Shown: positions 48,616-58,580 of the stretch, one piece after another
Numbering within the stretch: the first letter of the stretch is position 1
How the letters are laid out: each line of letters starts with the position of its first letter
Assembly (NCBI GenBank): GCA_964357975.1
Contig: CAYHNG010000002.1
Span: forward strand, 4,560-68,559
Direction: 5' to 3'
Source of the DNA: an uncultured Pseudomonadales bacterium
Lineage (GTDB): Bacteria > Patescibacteriota > Microgenomatia > UBA1400 > MFAQ01
Length of the DNA: 64,000 nucleotides
The notes under the pieces: generated by a model
What the model saw: only the letters and a program-made list of their open reading frames with translations
Databases searched by the model: none
What the model was told of the DNA's origin: nothing
Position numbers and translations under genes: made by a program

Positions 48616-50886
48616 ATGACTGAACACAATGAAGCCACGAACGAACATGAAGAGGAGAGAATTGCGGAGAGTTTGGCTGATCCGGCCGCACAGGCAGAGG
48701 CGACAAGGATAATAGGTCAGGTGAATGTGGTGCCGGAGGCTCGTAAGAAATCTTATATAGACAAAGTATTGGATATGCCAGCAGGTGAAAAGCGTGACGC
48801 GTTGTTGGCAGGATGGCTGGATAAACACGGGGAGGAGGCCGATGAAGGCCTGCAGGGGCGGGTGTTCGCGGCCATAGGGCAGAGAGAGGCGGCTCTTCCT
48901 CCAGTGATTGACTGGTCCAGAGCAGAAGAAAGTTTTGAAAAGTTAATAAGCCCCACTTCATACGGTGGTAACCCAGAACAAAAGAAAGCTGCGGCAGATA
49001 GATGGTTGGATTTATACGGTCGACATGAAAGTGTTACAGTTGAGATGCGCGAGCAGTTGGAGAAAATAATTAATCCAGAAACCGAATTTTCGGATGATCT
49101 AAAAGAATGGATTAGAAATTATTGTCTGGAAAGTGTTTTTGAAAGAGGTGAAAGAAACTATCGAACAATATTAGGTTCACTTGTAAATATGGGTGGCGCC
49201 CTTGATGCTGAACGTAATATTCCTTTAGATAAAATTAATCTTCTGAAACCGCAAATTCAAGAGCTAGTGGAAGCTTTGGGTTTGGATAATTTTATTAGTA
49301 TTCGAGGAGTTGTAAGTGAGTGGGACGGCCTGAAGAAACTGGAGGAAATTACCTCTTCAACATTGAAATCAGCTTTGTTTGTACCAGAATATACAGAACG
49401 TTGGGTTGAGGGTGACTATGATAAGGATGACAACCGAATCGGTGATCGGATGGTCACCTTGCCGGGTGAGAATGGAGTGGCAAAAAACATGCAAGAAGAG
49501 GTAAGTAAAGGTATCTTGGCCCTTAAAAACTTTTTTGACAACAATGAATATTGGGATTTTGTGGGTGTGTCAGCAGACAAAAGGACAAAACTCTATAAAC
49601 AATTAGGATTAAATAAATATGTCGGTGAGGTGGCGTTTGCAATGGGAATGTCAAATTTAATCTTTACCGAAACTAAAGGTACAAGTTTGGATCCGTTTTT
49701 GTTTATGGTTCACGGAGATACCAAAAGGAGAAAATCCAGAGAGGTTGCTGTGGACAGAGAGGTAACAGCAATGGCTTATGTGCAATTTCAAATGGCAAAC
49801 AAAGACAAAAGCCCTAGCCCGGATGAAATTGAGGTTTGGCTTTCCCAACACTTTCCTAGCCATCTGATTCCCACTGGACTCTCGGCGGGAGGAATGGCGG
49901 CATTGGAGAATGGAAACTGGTTGAAATGGAGGGTACAAGAGAACCTTTTTTCAGCATCTCAGAGAGCGATAGATATTACTTATGAAACAAATAAAGATTA
50001 TTGGATAGCCATTGCAAATGCAGGATTTGACGTTGGTGGGGTGATTGTAAAATGGACGGCGGATGAAGTTCAGTTAGAGTACGATAGAAAGAAAAGAAGA
50101 ACAGTAATTGGAGCCAAGGGGAGATTGACAGAGGATGAGGGAAAGATGAAGGGCCAAAAAGCGATTGAGAAACAAAAAGATAAGGAGTGGAAGGCATTAG
50201 TCAATGCTGTTTCCGAGTCGCCAGAAGTGCAGATAGCAACAGATACTGAATCAAGAATAGAAGAAATGAAAACGGCTTTGGATTTACTTGTAGCTTTGAA
50301 GGAGGCCTTAAGACCAGAATCGGATATAGATAAATTGGCCGCTCTAAAGTCCAAGAGTCTTATTCACTGGAAAACATCCATGAAAGCAGCTGGACGAGTC
50401 GATGTAAAAGATATGGTAAGCGAAGAATTTTCTTTTATTCCGGGACAAAAACAGAGTGTAGATGAATGGGTGTCAACAGCAATGTTAACTTCATGCCAAT
50501 CATGGTTGCATGCACATTCGATTGCAAACTTCAAGAACCCTAAGCCACTCGATATGAAGACACTGGCGGAGAAAATGGAACAAATATTAGCTACGGATGT
50601 ACAAACTCCAGACATACAGGCTTATATTTGGACCGGAAAAGATACTGAGAAAACAGAACCTCTGTTGGCAAACAAAAGAGCGTACATTGATTACGCTACA
50701 GATCTCTGGGAGGACTGTTTCGACGTGATCGATAAAATAACGAGGAATGTCACGCCAGATAAATATCCAAAATGGTGGCGTTCTGGTGTGAGTGCAGCAT
50801 CAGGGATAGCAGATCTGGCTGCTAAATCATCCCCATTCTATCCACTGTGGAATACTATAGCGAAAAGACTAAGAAACAGAGCATAG
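48616..50886 (+). CDS. Large hypothetical helical, charged protein (756 aa)
   Basis: Long ORF with the same purine-rich bias as its upstream neighbour; no motif recognised. Confidence 0.7.
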   Translation: MTEHNEATNEHEEERIAESLADPAAQAEATRIIGQVNVVPEARKKSYIDKVLDMPAGEKRDALLAGWLDKHGEEADEGLQGRVFAAIGQREAALPPVIDWSRAEESFEKLISPTSYGGNPEQKKAAADRWLDLYGRHESVTVEMREQLEKIINPETEFSDDLKEWIRNYCLESVFERGERNYRTILGSLVNMGGALDAERNIPLDKINLLKPQIQELVEALGLDNFISIRGVVSEWDGLKKLEEITSSTLKSALFVPEYTERWVEGDYDKDDNRIGDRMVTLPGENGVAKNMQEEVSKGILALKNFFDNNEYWDFVGVSADKRTKLYKQLGLNKYVGEVAFAMGMSNLIFTETKGTSLDPFLFMVHGDTKRRKSREVAVDREVTAMAYVQFQMANKDKSPSPDEIEVWLSQHFPSHLIPTGLSAGGMAALENGNWLKWRVQENLFSASQRAIDITYETNKDYWIAIANAGFDVGGVIVKWTADEVQLEYDRKKRRTVIGAKGRLTEDEGKMKGQKAIEKQKDKEWKALVNAVSESPEVQIATDTESRIEEMKTALDLLVALKEALRPESDIDKLAALKSKSLIHWKTSMKAAGRVDVKDMVSEEFSFIPGQKQSVDEWVSTAMLTSCQSWLHAHSIANFKNPKPLDMKTLAEKMEQILATDVQTPDIQAYIWTGKDTEKTEPLLANKRAYIDYATDLWEDCFDVIDKITRNVTPDKYPKWWRSGVSAASGIADLAAKSSPFYPLWNTIAKRLRNRA

Positions 50887-50892
50887 TTGTTT

Positions 50893-52677
50893 TTAGTTGC
50901 CGGAAACTGTCTTCTGGGCTTCTGGGATATTAATATTAGTTCCACCGATTACTGGTCTGGTTGAGGCGGAAGGTCCACCATATGCCCCACCAAGACTGTT
51001 TCTTAGACTACGAGGCAAGCCGGAGTATCCTGTTTTTGCCCATGATTCGTTAACATTAACTCCTGTTTTGAGGGCTTCGCCAATGGCGGCGCCGTAGGGG
51101 AATGGAGGTGTCTTGAGGGCTTTTTCGACCATTTCGCAGTACTTGCTGGACATCATTAGTAATCCAAAACCAATGGTAGCAAGCATAAGGCTACCAACTG
51201 AACCGGTCCACGTGCCGGTTGATACGTTTCCGGGAATGGTTAATGGAGGCGTCCAGATATTACTAAGGGTGGATAGCTGATTTACTCCAAGAAGATTTTC
51301 CAGCCCGGAGGTTATCCATCCAGTAAGTGGGCCTCCTGCGGCGGCTAAAGATAGTAGTGGCTGGCACATAAGTGCATATGAAAGAGTGAGAAAGAACATA
51401 GCCACCGGAAAGACGGCGAGGTTGCCGTAGATGCTTCGTAGCCAATCTCCAAAAGAAGTGGAGCCGGGAAACAAGTTACCAAGAAGTAGAATGGGGGCAA
51501 AAATAAGATTAATAATAACTCCAAAATAGGCCTGGAAAAGCTTCATGATTAGTTTGAAATAGGAAATGGCGACGGCAATCATAATAATTATCCCTATGAC
51601 GATCCCAAACCAATTAATCAAATAAACACCAACAAGGGCGGTGATTATTCCGAGAAAACCTCCGATGATTAAGTTGAATAAAACGAAAGGAGACACCATT
51701 ATAGCAACAAGCATGTTTACAAACCACGATCCAAAAGCTCCAAGCACGCCCTGACCACTGACCGTATTGATCATATCCTCTCCGACTCCTGATCCGAAAC
51801 CGCCCGAGTTGAGGATAGCTTCGTTACCTCCAATCCTCAGAATGTTGATGGCCATTGCGCCAGCGATTGTAGAGATATCTACCAAAAAGCCAACGATAGC
51901 ATAGGAGAAAGTAATCATGAGGAGGGTGGCGATGAGCTTGGGAATAGCGAGCTGAATGGTGGCGGCGGTTTTGGAGTCTATCTTGATTCGAAACATAATC
52001 ATTATCCCATAAAGAACGAAACCGATAGCAAAAAGCATGTAAGCAATGTTTCTAAAGGCACGCCAGAGAGGAAGAATCGGGGCGAGAGCGGAGAAACCAT
52101 AACCGGGTCCGGCCGCATAGGTATCGCTGATAATGTGGTGTTTTTGAAGATTAGAGGAAATATAAGTTAAGTAATCATATGTACCGGCAGGCCTAGAAGA
52201 TATAAGGCCGGTGGCGAATTTTCCCAACTTGCCGATTAGACCTCCCGGTGCTGTGGGGCTGTAAGCAAGGTCGCTGATTTTTGTATTAATGGTGACGGGT
52301 TTACTTTTTAGTTGCTCGAACATTTTTAATGAGTTCTTTATGGAATCTAGGAAATTATCATGTGGATTGGTAAACATCAAAGTACTCCACCATTCCATGC
52401 CTTGAAGGATGACAATATCAACAAAACCAACTCCATCACCACTCAGCGAATCGACACCGGGAGCACATTTGCCGGAGTACCAAGTTTCCAGATTCATAAG
52501 GTCTCCGGAACGTTTATCGCAGAATTCTTTGACGTAATCCTGTATGCCTTTTGATCCAGGTATACCAAAAAGATTCGGAGTCGCAGCCGCCGCGTTTGTG
52601 TAGGGAACTATGATAGCGGAAATAGTTATGAATACGGATAGAAATATGAGGCTGAGAGATTTTTGAAGAAGGGACAT
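50893..52677 (-). CDS. VirB6/TrbL-like polytopic membrane protein
   Basis: Signal peptide, then W..FRNIAY, G.MIMFR.KI, LMITFSYAI.G..VD and multiple TMs; T4SS context. Confidence 0.65.
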   Translation of the reverse strand: MSLLQKSLSLIFLSVFITISAIIVPYTNAAAATPNLFGIPGSKGIQDYVKEFCDKRSGDLMNLETWYSGKCAPGVDSLSGDGVGFVDIVILQGMEWWSTLMFTNPHDNFLDSIKNSLKMFEQLKSKPVTINTKISDLAYSPTAPGGLIGKLGKFATGLISSRPAGTYDYLTYISSNLQKHHIISDTYAAGPGYGFSALAPILPLWRAFRNIAYMLFAIGFVLYGIMIMFRIKIDSKTAATIQLAIPKLIATLLMITFSYAIVGFLVDISTIAGAMAINILRIGGNEAILNSGGFGSGVGEDMINTVSGQGVLGAFGSWFVNMLVAIMVSPFVLFNLIIGGFLGIITALVGVYLINWFGIVIGIIIMIAVAISYFKLIMKLFQAYFGVIINLIFAPILLLGNLFPGSTSFGDWLRSIYGNLAVFPVAMFFLTLSYALMCQPLLSLAAAGGPLTGWITSGLENLLGVNQLSTLSNIWTPPLTIPGNVSTGTWTGSVGSLMLATIGFGLLMMSSKYCEMVEKALKTPPFPYGAAIGEALKTGVNVNESWAKTGYSGLPRSLRNSLGGAYGGPSASTRPVIGGTNINIPEAQKTVSGN

Positions 52678-52714
52678 AGCTAGAAAAATTATACAGGAAA
52701 ATGACACACCTGGG

Positions 52715-52793
52715 TGGAGTGAGATTGCCACGTCGACTTGCTCCCCCGCCTGCAGCGCTTGATGCGCAGCATCTGCGGGCAGGTCGCAATGAC
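52715..52793. repeat. Palindromic family A, copy 13 (intergenic, nested module)
   Basis: TGGAGTGAGATTGCCACGTC...CCCGCCTGCA...TCTGCGGGCAGG.TCGCAATGAC. Confidence 0.85.
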
Positions 52794-52799
52794 GAGGTG

Positions 52800-53072
52800 T
52801 TATTTGCGGTAGATTTCGTCGTGAGTGCCGATATCGAAGAAATATGCTGAACCGTCAGGAAGTATCTTGTATAACATTCTGATGCTTAAATTTGCCGAAA
52901 CACTGTGAGTGTTTGTTAAATGACCTGATAGTTTGTGACCCCGTAAGGACGGATGTTTAGGATTGACGCTGAATATTTGGAGTTGCTTGAGAACTTTATT
53001 GGATAATTTGGAATCATTTCTTTTGATCCTTTTTAACCCAGCTTTGAACTTGGGAGAGAAGGAAATTTCCAT
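52800..53072 (-). CDS. RelE/YafQ-family type II toxin
   Basis: FSPKFK..LK, HPSLR.HKLSG.L, R..Y, DIGTHDEIY. Confidence 0.85.
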   Translation of the reverse strand: MEISFSPKFKAGLKRIKRNDSKLSNKVLKQLQIFSVNPKHPSLRGHKLSGHLTNTHSVSANLSIRMLYKILPDGSAYFFDIGTHDEIYRK

Positions 53073-53326
53073 TATAATTTTGCAAAATATTCCTCGAGAT
53101 TGTCGACCCTCTCTGCCTTGTCGATCTCTAACATGGCCTGTTTGTAAGATTCTTCGGTTCTCTCGGATGCCCTGAAGGTGGGGTAGGAATCCGCCTGAGC
53201 TTTCTCAATAATCATATGCTTAACTACTTGAGTGACAGGAATGCCCAATTGACTGGATTGACCCAAGAGAAACTCGTAAAGCTGGCTAGTAAGACTTATT
53301 TTGACCTGTATTTGACCTTTAATCAT
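53072..53326 (-). CDS. Putative antitoxin (RHH-like N-terminus)
   Basis: Small gene overlapping the toxin start by 1 nt; beta-strand/helix N-terminus, acidic C-terminus. Confidence 0.7.
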   Translation of the reverse strand: MIKGQIQVKISLTSQLYEFLLGQSSQLGIPVTQVVKHMIIEKAQADSYPTFRASERTEESYKQAMLEIDKAERVDNLEEYFAKL

Positions 53327-53375
53327 ACCTGAATGATACCATATCTGGCTTTATTTGTCAATTGGAAAGAAAGGC

Positions 53376-56300
53376 TTACTGTCCGCAGGAAAAGGTGTGA
53401 TACGGGTCGAGGACGTCTTCTTTGTAAGTATCCAAGGGGGGATATATCCCATTTTTCCCTGTTTCCGGACAATAACCGGCGTAGCTAATGTGACTTTGAA
53501 GAACTGTAGCGTCGGTCCATGCGCTACAAGAACCGGGAATGGAAGTATTGGTCATAGGGAGTTCAAAACAAGTATCGCTGGTAACTGTGGGTGGTAAATA
53601 GGCAGCCCCTCGTGAAAGTGCTTTTGCCGTGGCAGCGGCGGCATCAAGTAAGTTGCATGGAGAGATATTTTCCTTTGTTCTGGTTGGATCGATTTTTTGA
53701 ACGGCGGTCCAATTTGCAATCTCACCTTCTCCTTCCCAAAAGTAATAAGGTCTCCAACCAAATCCGGCTATGGATATATTACATGATCCAGAACTACTGC
53801 AGGCTTCGGCACTATACATAGCCGGGTCACACATTTGTCCGTCTGCAATAGGCATGGCTCCACCGCAGATGGCCCACTCTTTTGCGTTGGCATCGGTCCA
53901 TGTAAGGAATGAACGATTAAAGGCCCCTTCGTGAAGCATGACTGCTAAAACACTAGATGGAGGAACGCTAAAGGTACTTCCTACAGTTTCCAAAATATCT
54001 TGTAAAGTCTTGGGAATTTTTTCAGGAACCTGGCTTTCGTGAACGTAACGAGTGAACTGGGTAATTTTGTCGGTATTACACAACTTGCAGGAACCTCCTT
54101 TGAGAAACGAAAGATCCGTACTACAGACCACTGGCGGAGTGGGAGTAGGGAGGAGGTAACAGCGGGGGGAGTTTTGGAGTTCTTTGGGGACGGTCCAACA
54201 ATTTTGCAGGAGATGCATAGAGTCTTGGGCGAGGTTATTTACTCGATTAATGGGTTCGGCTGGATTGAGGATGTCGGAGTTGCCATTGGGTCCGGTGGAG
54301 GTGGCACCTGCGTCGACACCATCCACACGGTAGGAGACGAAGTGTCTGGCGATGGGAGCGTCGATACTGGCATTGACGGTTTTGTCCACGCCATCCGGGA
54401 GGATCATCTTGTAAAAGGAGTATTGATCGTTGTTGGCAACTGTTTCCTTTATGTCGGTATGTTTGGGATTGTTAAGAACATTTAAGGTTTTACCGTGTGA
54501 AATTCCTTCTACAGTCCATCTCATCCGACAACACTGTCCTGATTTTTGATCTTTATATCTACCCTCCCACTCATTGATGGGACAGACGCCGTACTCGATC
54601 CAACAGTGACCATTATCGTCACATTTTTCTTTTTCGGTTGGTGGATGACATTGGGGGTCGTAGTTCCAGGAAAGTTTGTCGCCCCGAATTGAAAGCACTT
54701 GGTGATGGTCGTCGGCCGGCCTTTGATTTGGATCTCCGCGATCGCCAGCAGCGGTTTTTGGTGCAATTAGATGATAACTGACAGGGAGGGGACAGGTGAT
54801 ATTGGCATAGCCGTCTTTTACTTTTTCATTTAAGTTGTCGATTTCATTTTCGGTATAGCCAACCTTCTTCAATTCGTCGTTGGTAAAGAGATCGGTGACT
54901 TTGTTCCATAGCCAGCCAAAGGGGTTGGTGACGATGGCAATAGTCTCTTCTTTCACTCGTTCCAAAAAGCCTTTCTGGGCAAGTTTTACTTCAGGCAGAG
55001 ACAAAAGAGTGTTTCCGATTCTGTAGTCCGAGATACCACTTGGGCTAGCATATTTATCAACGATCCATTGTGGTTGAAGAGCGGGGAACATGCCAAACTT
55101 GGGTGAAAGTAGCCCTTGGTAGATAGCCCCAACGTAGGGAACACTTTCTCTGGAAACGTTGGTAAGACCAGGTTTATTTGTACCATAACGACCCGCATTG
55201 TCCTCGTCAACCAGATATGGTGCCCAAGGATAATCCCCGTAATACGACTCTTCTTTTTCGTCTTTCTTTTTGACGATGTAACTTCTAGTGCCGTTGAAGT
55301 CTAATGGTACGAAAGCGGCGTATGGACCGTCGAGATCATTGCCAAAGGCACTGATGGCGGCCTCGTAAGCCAAGATTGCAGTGTCGGCAAGAAACCCCAA
55401 GTCCAAATCAAGAGCCAGCTCTCGGAGTTCCTGAAACATGGGCTTCAGAGATTCGGTGGCCTGGGCGTATTCGGGACAGACGGGATAGTCGACAAGACAG
55501 CCAACACGGATAAATGGCCAATGCCAAAAGAGAATTACTTGTTTACTTAGGGCATTGTAGAGTTTTTTAAAGTCGGTTTTCTTCTTGAGACCATTTCGAT
55601 CGACAAAATCGAAGTTAATGTTGTCGATTTGATCTTTGTTGGCCATGTTTAGGACAAATGATCGAAGATTGGCTTGGTTGGAGGCCGGGAGTAGCCGCCA
55701 GTAGGTCCGATAGGCCTCGCGAGTAGGATGACCATCGTTACCGGCATTGTTTTGTGGATCGTAGCTGTCTGAAAGATCCATGGGGCGACCAAAAAGTGAA
55801 GTATAGAGATAATTTTGAGCAATAAAATCAGCTGAGTAACTAGCTTCGGTGTCTGGGCTGGGACCGTAACTGCCGGTTTCGGCTTCGCGGACGTCGGTGT
55901 AGACGAGCATGGCGATGAGACATTCAGGATCTGTTCCTCCTGGTGCAGGTGTTCCGTCCGGCGCTGCCCCACCAACACCGCATTTAGTAAATGGCTGGTC
56001 TATACTTGGAGATAAAGAGTTCTTATATCTCTTGGCAGTGTAATGGGCAATAGGTTCGTAAATACAAGTTCGCTCATACTGCATAATATCTACTTGAGTA
56101 TTTTGAAAGTGATTCCAACAGCTACTGTTTGGTGGAAAAATACCGTTTTGAGACCCCAACTGTTTCCAGCAGTCTTCTGGAACATCTGGGTTGTCTCCGA
56201 TAGGAGTAATGGGGTCGTCAATGATGGATTGAGGTACGCAGTGGAGATCGAGATCCATGGGATACTTGATGCAAACTTCTCCCGCAAGACACATGGTGTT

Positions 56301-56465
56301 GCCACAGGTGACACCAACCGGCGGGCCGGGATTTGGTTCCGATGGAGATGAGGATGGTGAGGGTGATGGTGTAGGTGGTGGTGGAGGGGGGGCGGCTAGA
56401 ATGACCTTATCCAGAAAGAAATATAGAAAAATAAATATTGAGACAATAAAAACAAATTTCTTCAC
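53376..56465 (-). CDS. Large secreted Cys-rich protein with a C-terminal lysozyme/lytic transglycosylase-like domain (start placed at GTG 56465)
   Basis: Signal peptide KKFVFIV...VILA, poly-Pro linker, many Cys, ETVGSTFSVPPSSVLAVMLHEG resembling the SLT catalytic-Glu helix. Confidence 0.6.
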   Translation of the reverse strand: MKKFVFIVSIFIFLYFFLDKVILAAPPPPPPTPSPSPSSSPSEPNPGPPVGVTCGNTMCLAGEVCIKYPMDLDLHCVPQSIIDDPITPIGDNPDVPEDCWKQLGSQNGIFPPNSSCWNHFQNTQVDIMQYERTCIYEPIAHYTAKRYKNSLSPSIDQPFTKCGVGGAAPDGTPAPGGTDPECLIAMLVYTDVREAETGSYGPSPDTEASYSADFIAQNYLYTSLFGRPMDLSDSYDPQNNAGNDGHPTREAYRTYWRLLPASNQANLRSFVLNMANKDQIDNINFDFVDRNGLKKKTDFKKLYNALSKQVILFWHWPFIRVGCLVDYPVCPEYAQATESLKPMFQELRELALDLDLGFLADTAILAYEAAISAFGNDLDGPYAAFVPLDFNGTRSYIVKKKDEKEESYYGDYPWAPYLVDEDNAGRYGTNKPGLTNVSRESVPYVGAIYQGLLSPKFGMFPALQPQWIVDKYASPSGISDYRIGNTLLSLPEVKLAQKGFLERVKEETIAIVTNPFGWLWNKVTDLFTNDELKKVGYTENEIDNLNEKVKDGYANITCPLPVSYHLIAPKTAAGDRGDPNQRPADDHHQVLSIRGDKLSWNYDPQCHPPTEKEKCDDNGHCWIEYGVCPINEWEGRYKDQKSGQCCRMRWTVEGISHGKTLNVLNNPKHTDIKETVANNDQYSFYKMILPDGVDKTVNASIDAPIARHFVSYRVDGVDAGATSTGPNGNSDILNPAEPINRVNNLAQDSMHLLQNCWTVPKELQNSPRCYLLPTPTPPVVCSTDLSFLKGGSCKLCNTDKITQFTRYVHESQVPEKIPKTLQDILETVGSTFSVPPSSVLAVMLHEGAFNRSFLTWTDANAKEWAICGGAMPIADGQMCDPAMYSAEACSSSGSCNISIAGFGWRPYYFWEGEGEIANWTAVQKIDPTRTKENISPCNLLDAAAATAKALSRGAAYLPPTVTSDTCFELPMTNTSIPGSCSAWTDATVLQSHISYAGYCPETGKNGIYPPLDTYKEDVLDPYHTFSCGQ

Positions 56466-56497
56466 TGAAACTATTATACTTTGTATCGGGTGAGAGT

Positions 56498-56854
56498 TTA
56501 GGTGCCAAATTGGGTAACCTTGGCACCGGTAAAGTTCTCGATGAGAACTAAGGCCAGCCAAACCACCGCGAGGAGAATCAAGCCAATAACGGCCCAGGTA
56601 AACATGGAATAGGCACTGGCGACTGCTTTGGGTTCGGCGCCGGCGGAGATCAAACGAATTCCGGCCATAATGATTATTCCGACAGCAACGAGAGCCAATA
56701 GGGCAGGGATGGGTTGAAGAATGTTTTTAAAGAGACAGGTGATACCTTGTATCGAAGCGACATCGGTAGCATCGACTCCAGCAACATTTTGACCAACACA
56801 TTCTCCAGTCCAATTACTGGCGGCATAGACTTGGGAGACGAGTTGGAAGGACAT
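56498..56854 (-). CDS. TrbC/VirB2-like pilin 1
   Basis: VYAA signal end, two TMs around GIRLISAGAEPK; two Cys. Confidence 0.75.
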   Translation of the reverse strand: MSFQLVSQVYAASNWTGECVGQNVAGVDATDVASIQGITCLFKNILQPIPALLALVAVGIIIMAGIRLISAGAEPKAVASAYSMFTWAVIGLILLAVVWLALVLIENFTGAKVTQFGT

Positions 56855-56903
56855 AAATATATTTTACATTGAATATTTCGGATTGTATATTTTTTTCTTG
56901 GAT

Positions 56904-56997
56904 GGTTCGAAGTGCGCAAAATATCGTACTCGACCTCCGTCCCTCGAGTACGAGTGCGGATCCGCTCCGTGCGAAATTTTGCTTGCCCTTCTGCACC
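56904..56997 (+). repeat. 94-nt structured repeat (family B), copy 1
   Basis: 88 of 94 nt identical to 60429-60522; nested inverted repeats. Confidence 0.85.
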
Positions 56998-57011
56998 ATT
57001 TGGTAGTCATA

Positions 57012-57041
57012 ACAAAAACCGCCTGACGGTGGAGTTTTTGT
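57012..57041 (-). terminator. Intrinsic terminator after pilin 2
   Basis: ACAAAAAC-CGCC-TGAC-GGTG..GTTTTTGT. Confidence 0.6.
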
Positions 57042-57043
57042 AT

Positions 57044-57080
57044 GAGATTGCTTCAGCTCGAATACGAGATTCGCAATGAC
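57044..57080. repeat. Palindromic family A, copy 14 (between pilin 2 stop and terminator)
   Basis: GAGATTGCTTCAGCTCGAATACGAGATTCGCAATGAC. Confidence 0.8.
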
Positions 57081-57087
57081 GAAGTGC

Positions 57088-57429
57088 TTAGTAAGGTTTG
57101 GGGATGTTGATATTTCCCTCGAAGACGTCGACACCGAAGAAGTAGGCGATGAGTTTCATGAGAGCCCAAGAGGCAGCGACGATAGCGAGACCAACGACGG
57201 CGGCGGTGATACGATTTCTGGCTTGTTCTGTTTTACCTTTATCTCCACCGGAGGTAAGCCATTCAATACCTCCCATGACTAGAAAGGCAAAGGTAAGAAT
57301 ACCGGCTACGATGAAGGCGAGAGAAATGACTCTACTAATAAGAACACCAATGTCGGTGATCTTCATTCCGGTTGGTTGGGGAACTCCAATGGTTCCGGCG
57401 GCGGCATAAGCTTGAGAAATTAGGGACAT
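57088..57429 (-). CDS. TrbC/VirB2-like pilin 2
   Basis: GGIEWLTSGGDKGKTEQARNRITAAVVGL between two TMs. Confidence 0.8.
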   Translation of the reverse strand: MSLISQAYAAAGTIGVPQPTGMKITDIGVLISRVISLAFIVAGILTFAFLVMGGIEWLTSGGDKGKTEQARNRITAAVVGLAIVAASWALMKLIAYFFGVDVFEGNINIPKPY

Positions 57430-57496
57430 ATTTTTTGGTTTTTTAATAATTATTTATTCTATTACTAATTTAGTATTATACCCGTTATTGAGTTTG

Positions 57497-57856
57497 TCAA
57501 TTGCCGAGAGGATTTTCGGTACACAGAGCATCCAAATTAATTCCGAAAAACTCAAGCACAATCATATAGACCGCATAACTGGAGGCAACGATGGTGAGGC
57601 CAATAAGGGCGGCCGATATCATCTTTTGGGAGGATTCGATCTTACTTTTGTCTCCACCGGAAGTGAGCCACTGGACTCCACCCATGACGAGGTAGACGAA
57701 GAAGGCGACTCCAGAAATAATGAAGGCAGCACTGACTAGATTACTGACGAGATGGCCGATACAGGTATAACCAAAGAAATTATTTTTAGTGGCCATTTCT
57801 CCGATGGGAAGAGTAATATCAGCAGCCAATACCTTAGGAATTATTTTTGGGATCAT
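57497..57856 (-). CDS. TrbC/VirB2-like pilin 3
   Basis: GGVQWLTSGGDKSKIESSQKMISAALIGL. Confidence 0.8.
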   Translation of the reverse strand: MIPKIIPKVLAADITLPIGEMATKNNFFGYTCIGHLVSNLVSAAFIISGVAFFVYLVMGGVQWLTSGGDKSKIESSQKMISAALIGLTIVASSYAVYMIVLEFFGINLDALCTENPLGN

Positions 57857-58203
57857 AAGGCGCTTGGAAATACCGGTTTAAGAATATTAATTTTGAAGAC
57901 TTGTTGGATAAAGTAGGTGACCGCATAAGAGCCGACCAGTATTCCAATGCCGATGACAGAGCTGGTGATTTTTTTTTGAGCATCATCAATTTTGGCCTTG
58001 TCACCTCCGGAGGTAAGATATTCTATACCTCCCCAGACAAGATAAATAATGAAGGCGACTCCTCCAACGGTGATGACTGTCTGCCAAAGAGTGGCAATAT
58101 AAAAGGCAAGACCGCCTCCTGGGTCCTGAGGTATTTTGGGCGACAGTGCCTTATTGACAATTTCGTTGGCGGCAAAAGCAGTAGGTATTATTTGAAAGGC
58201 CAT
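57853..58203 (-). CDS. TrbC/VirB2-like pilin 4
   Basis: GGIEYLTSGGDKAKIDDAQKKITSSVIGI. Confidence 0.8.
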   Translation of the reverse strand: MAFQIIPTAFAANEIVNKALSPKIPQDPGGGLAFYIATLWQTVITVGGVAFIIYLVWGGIEYLTSGGDKAKIDDAQKKITSSVIGIGILVGSYAVTYFIQQVFKINILKPVFPSAL

Positions 58204-58208
58204 TTTGT

Positions 58209-58577
58209 TTAGAGTTTTAGTGCATCAAATGGATTAAGAATGTCGAGACCGAGAACGGCTCCGACGATGCCAATAATAAAGAAGGAGGCGACGATAGCGA
58301 TAAGGCCAATAGCCGCTTGGGTCATTGAGGTTTGAGCTTCCGAGACCTTTGCCTTGTCTCCACCAGCTGTAATCCATTTTAGACCACCCATGGTGAAATA
58401 GATGACAAAGGCCAAACTGCCGACAACGGTAATGGTGGTGATTAAATTAGAAAGAAATGTTCCCAAACCACTTTGGACACCTCCACTGATGCCTGTTTGA
58501 AAAGGGCCAATTCCTCCAACTTCACTGCCTAGTGGGATATCGGCGGCGGCAAGGGCTGAGGAAATAAATGTCATCAT
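58209..58577 (-). CDS. TrbC/VirB2-like pilin 5
   Basis: GGLKWITAGGDKAKVSEAQTSMTQAAIGL. Confidence 0.8.
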   Translation of the reverse strand: MMTFISSALAAADIPLGSEVGGIGPFQTGISGGVQSGLGTFLSNLITTITVVGSLAFVIYFTMGGLKWITAGGDKAKVSEAQTSMTQAAIGLIAIVASFFIIGIVGAVLGLDILNPFDALKL

Positions 58578-58580
58578 AAT

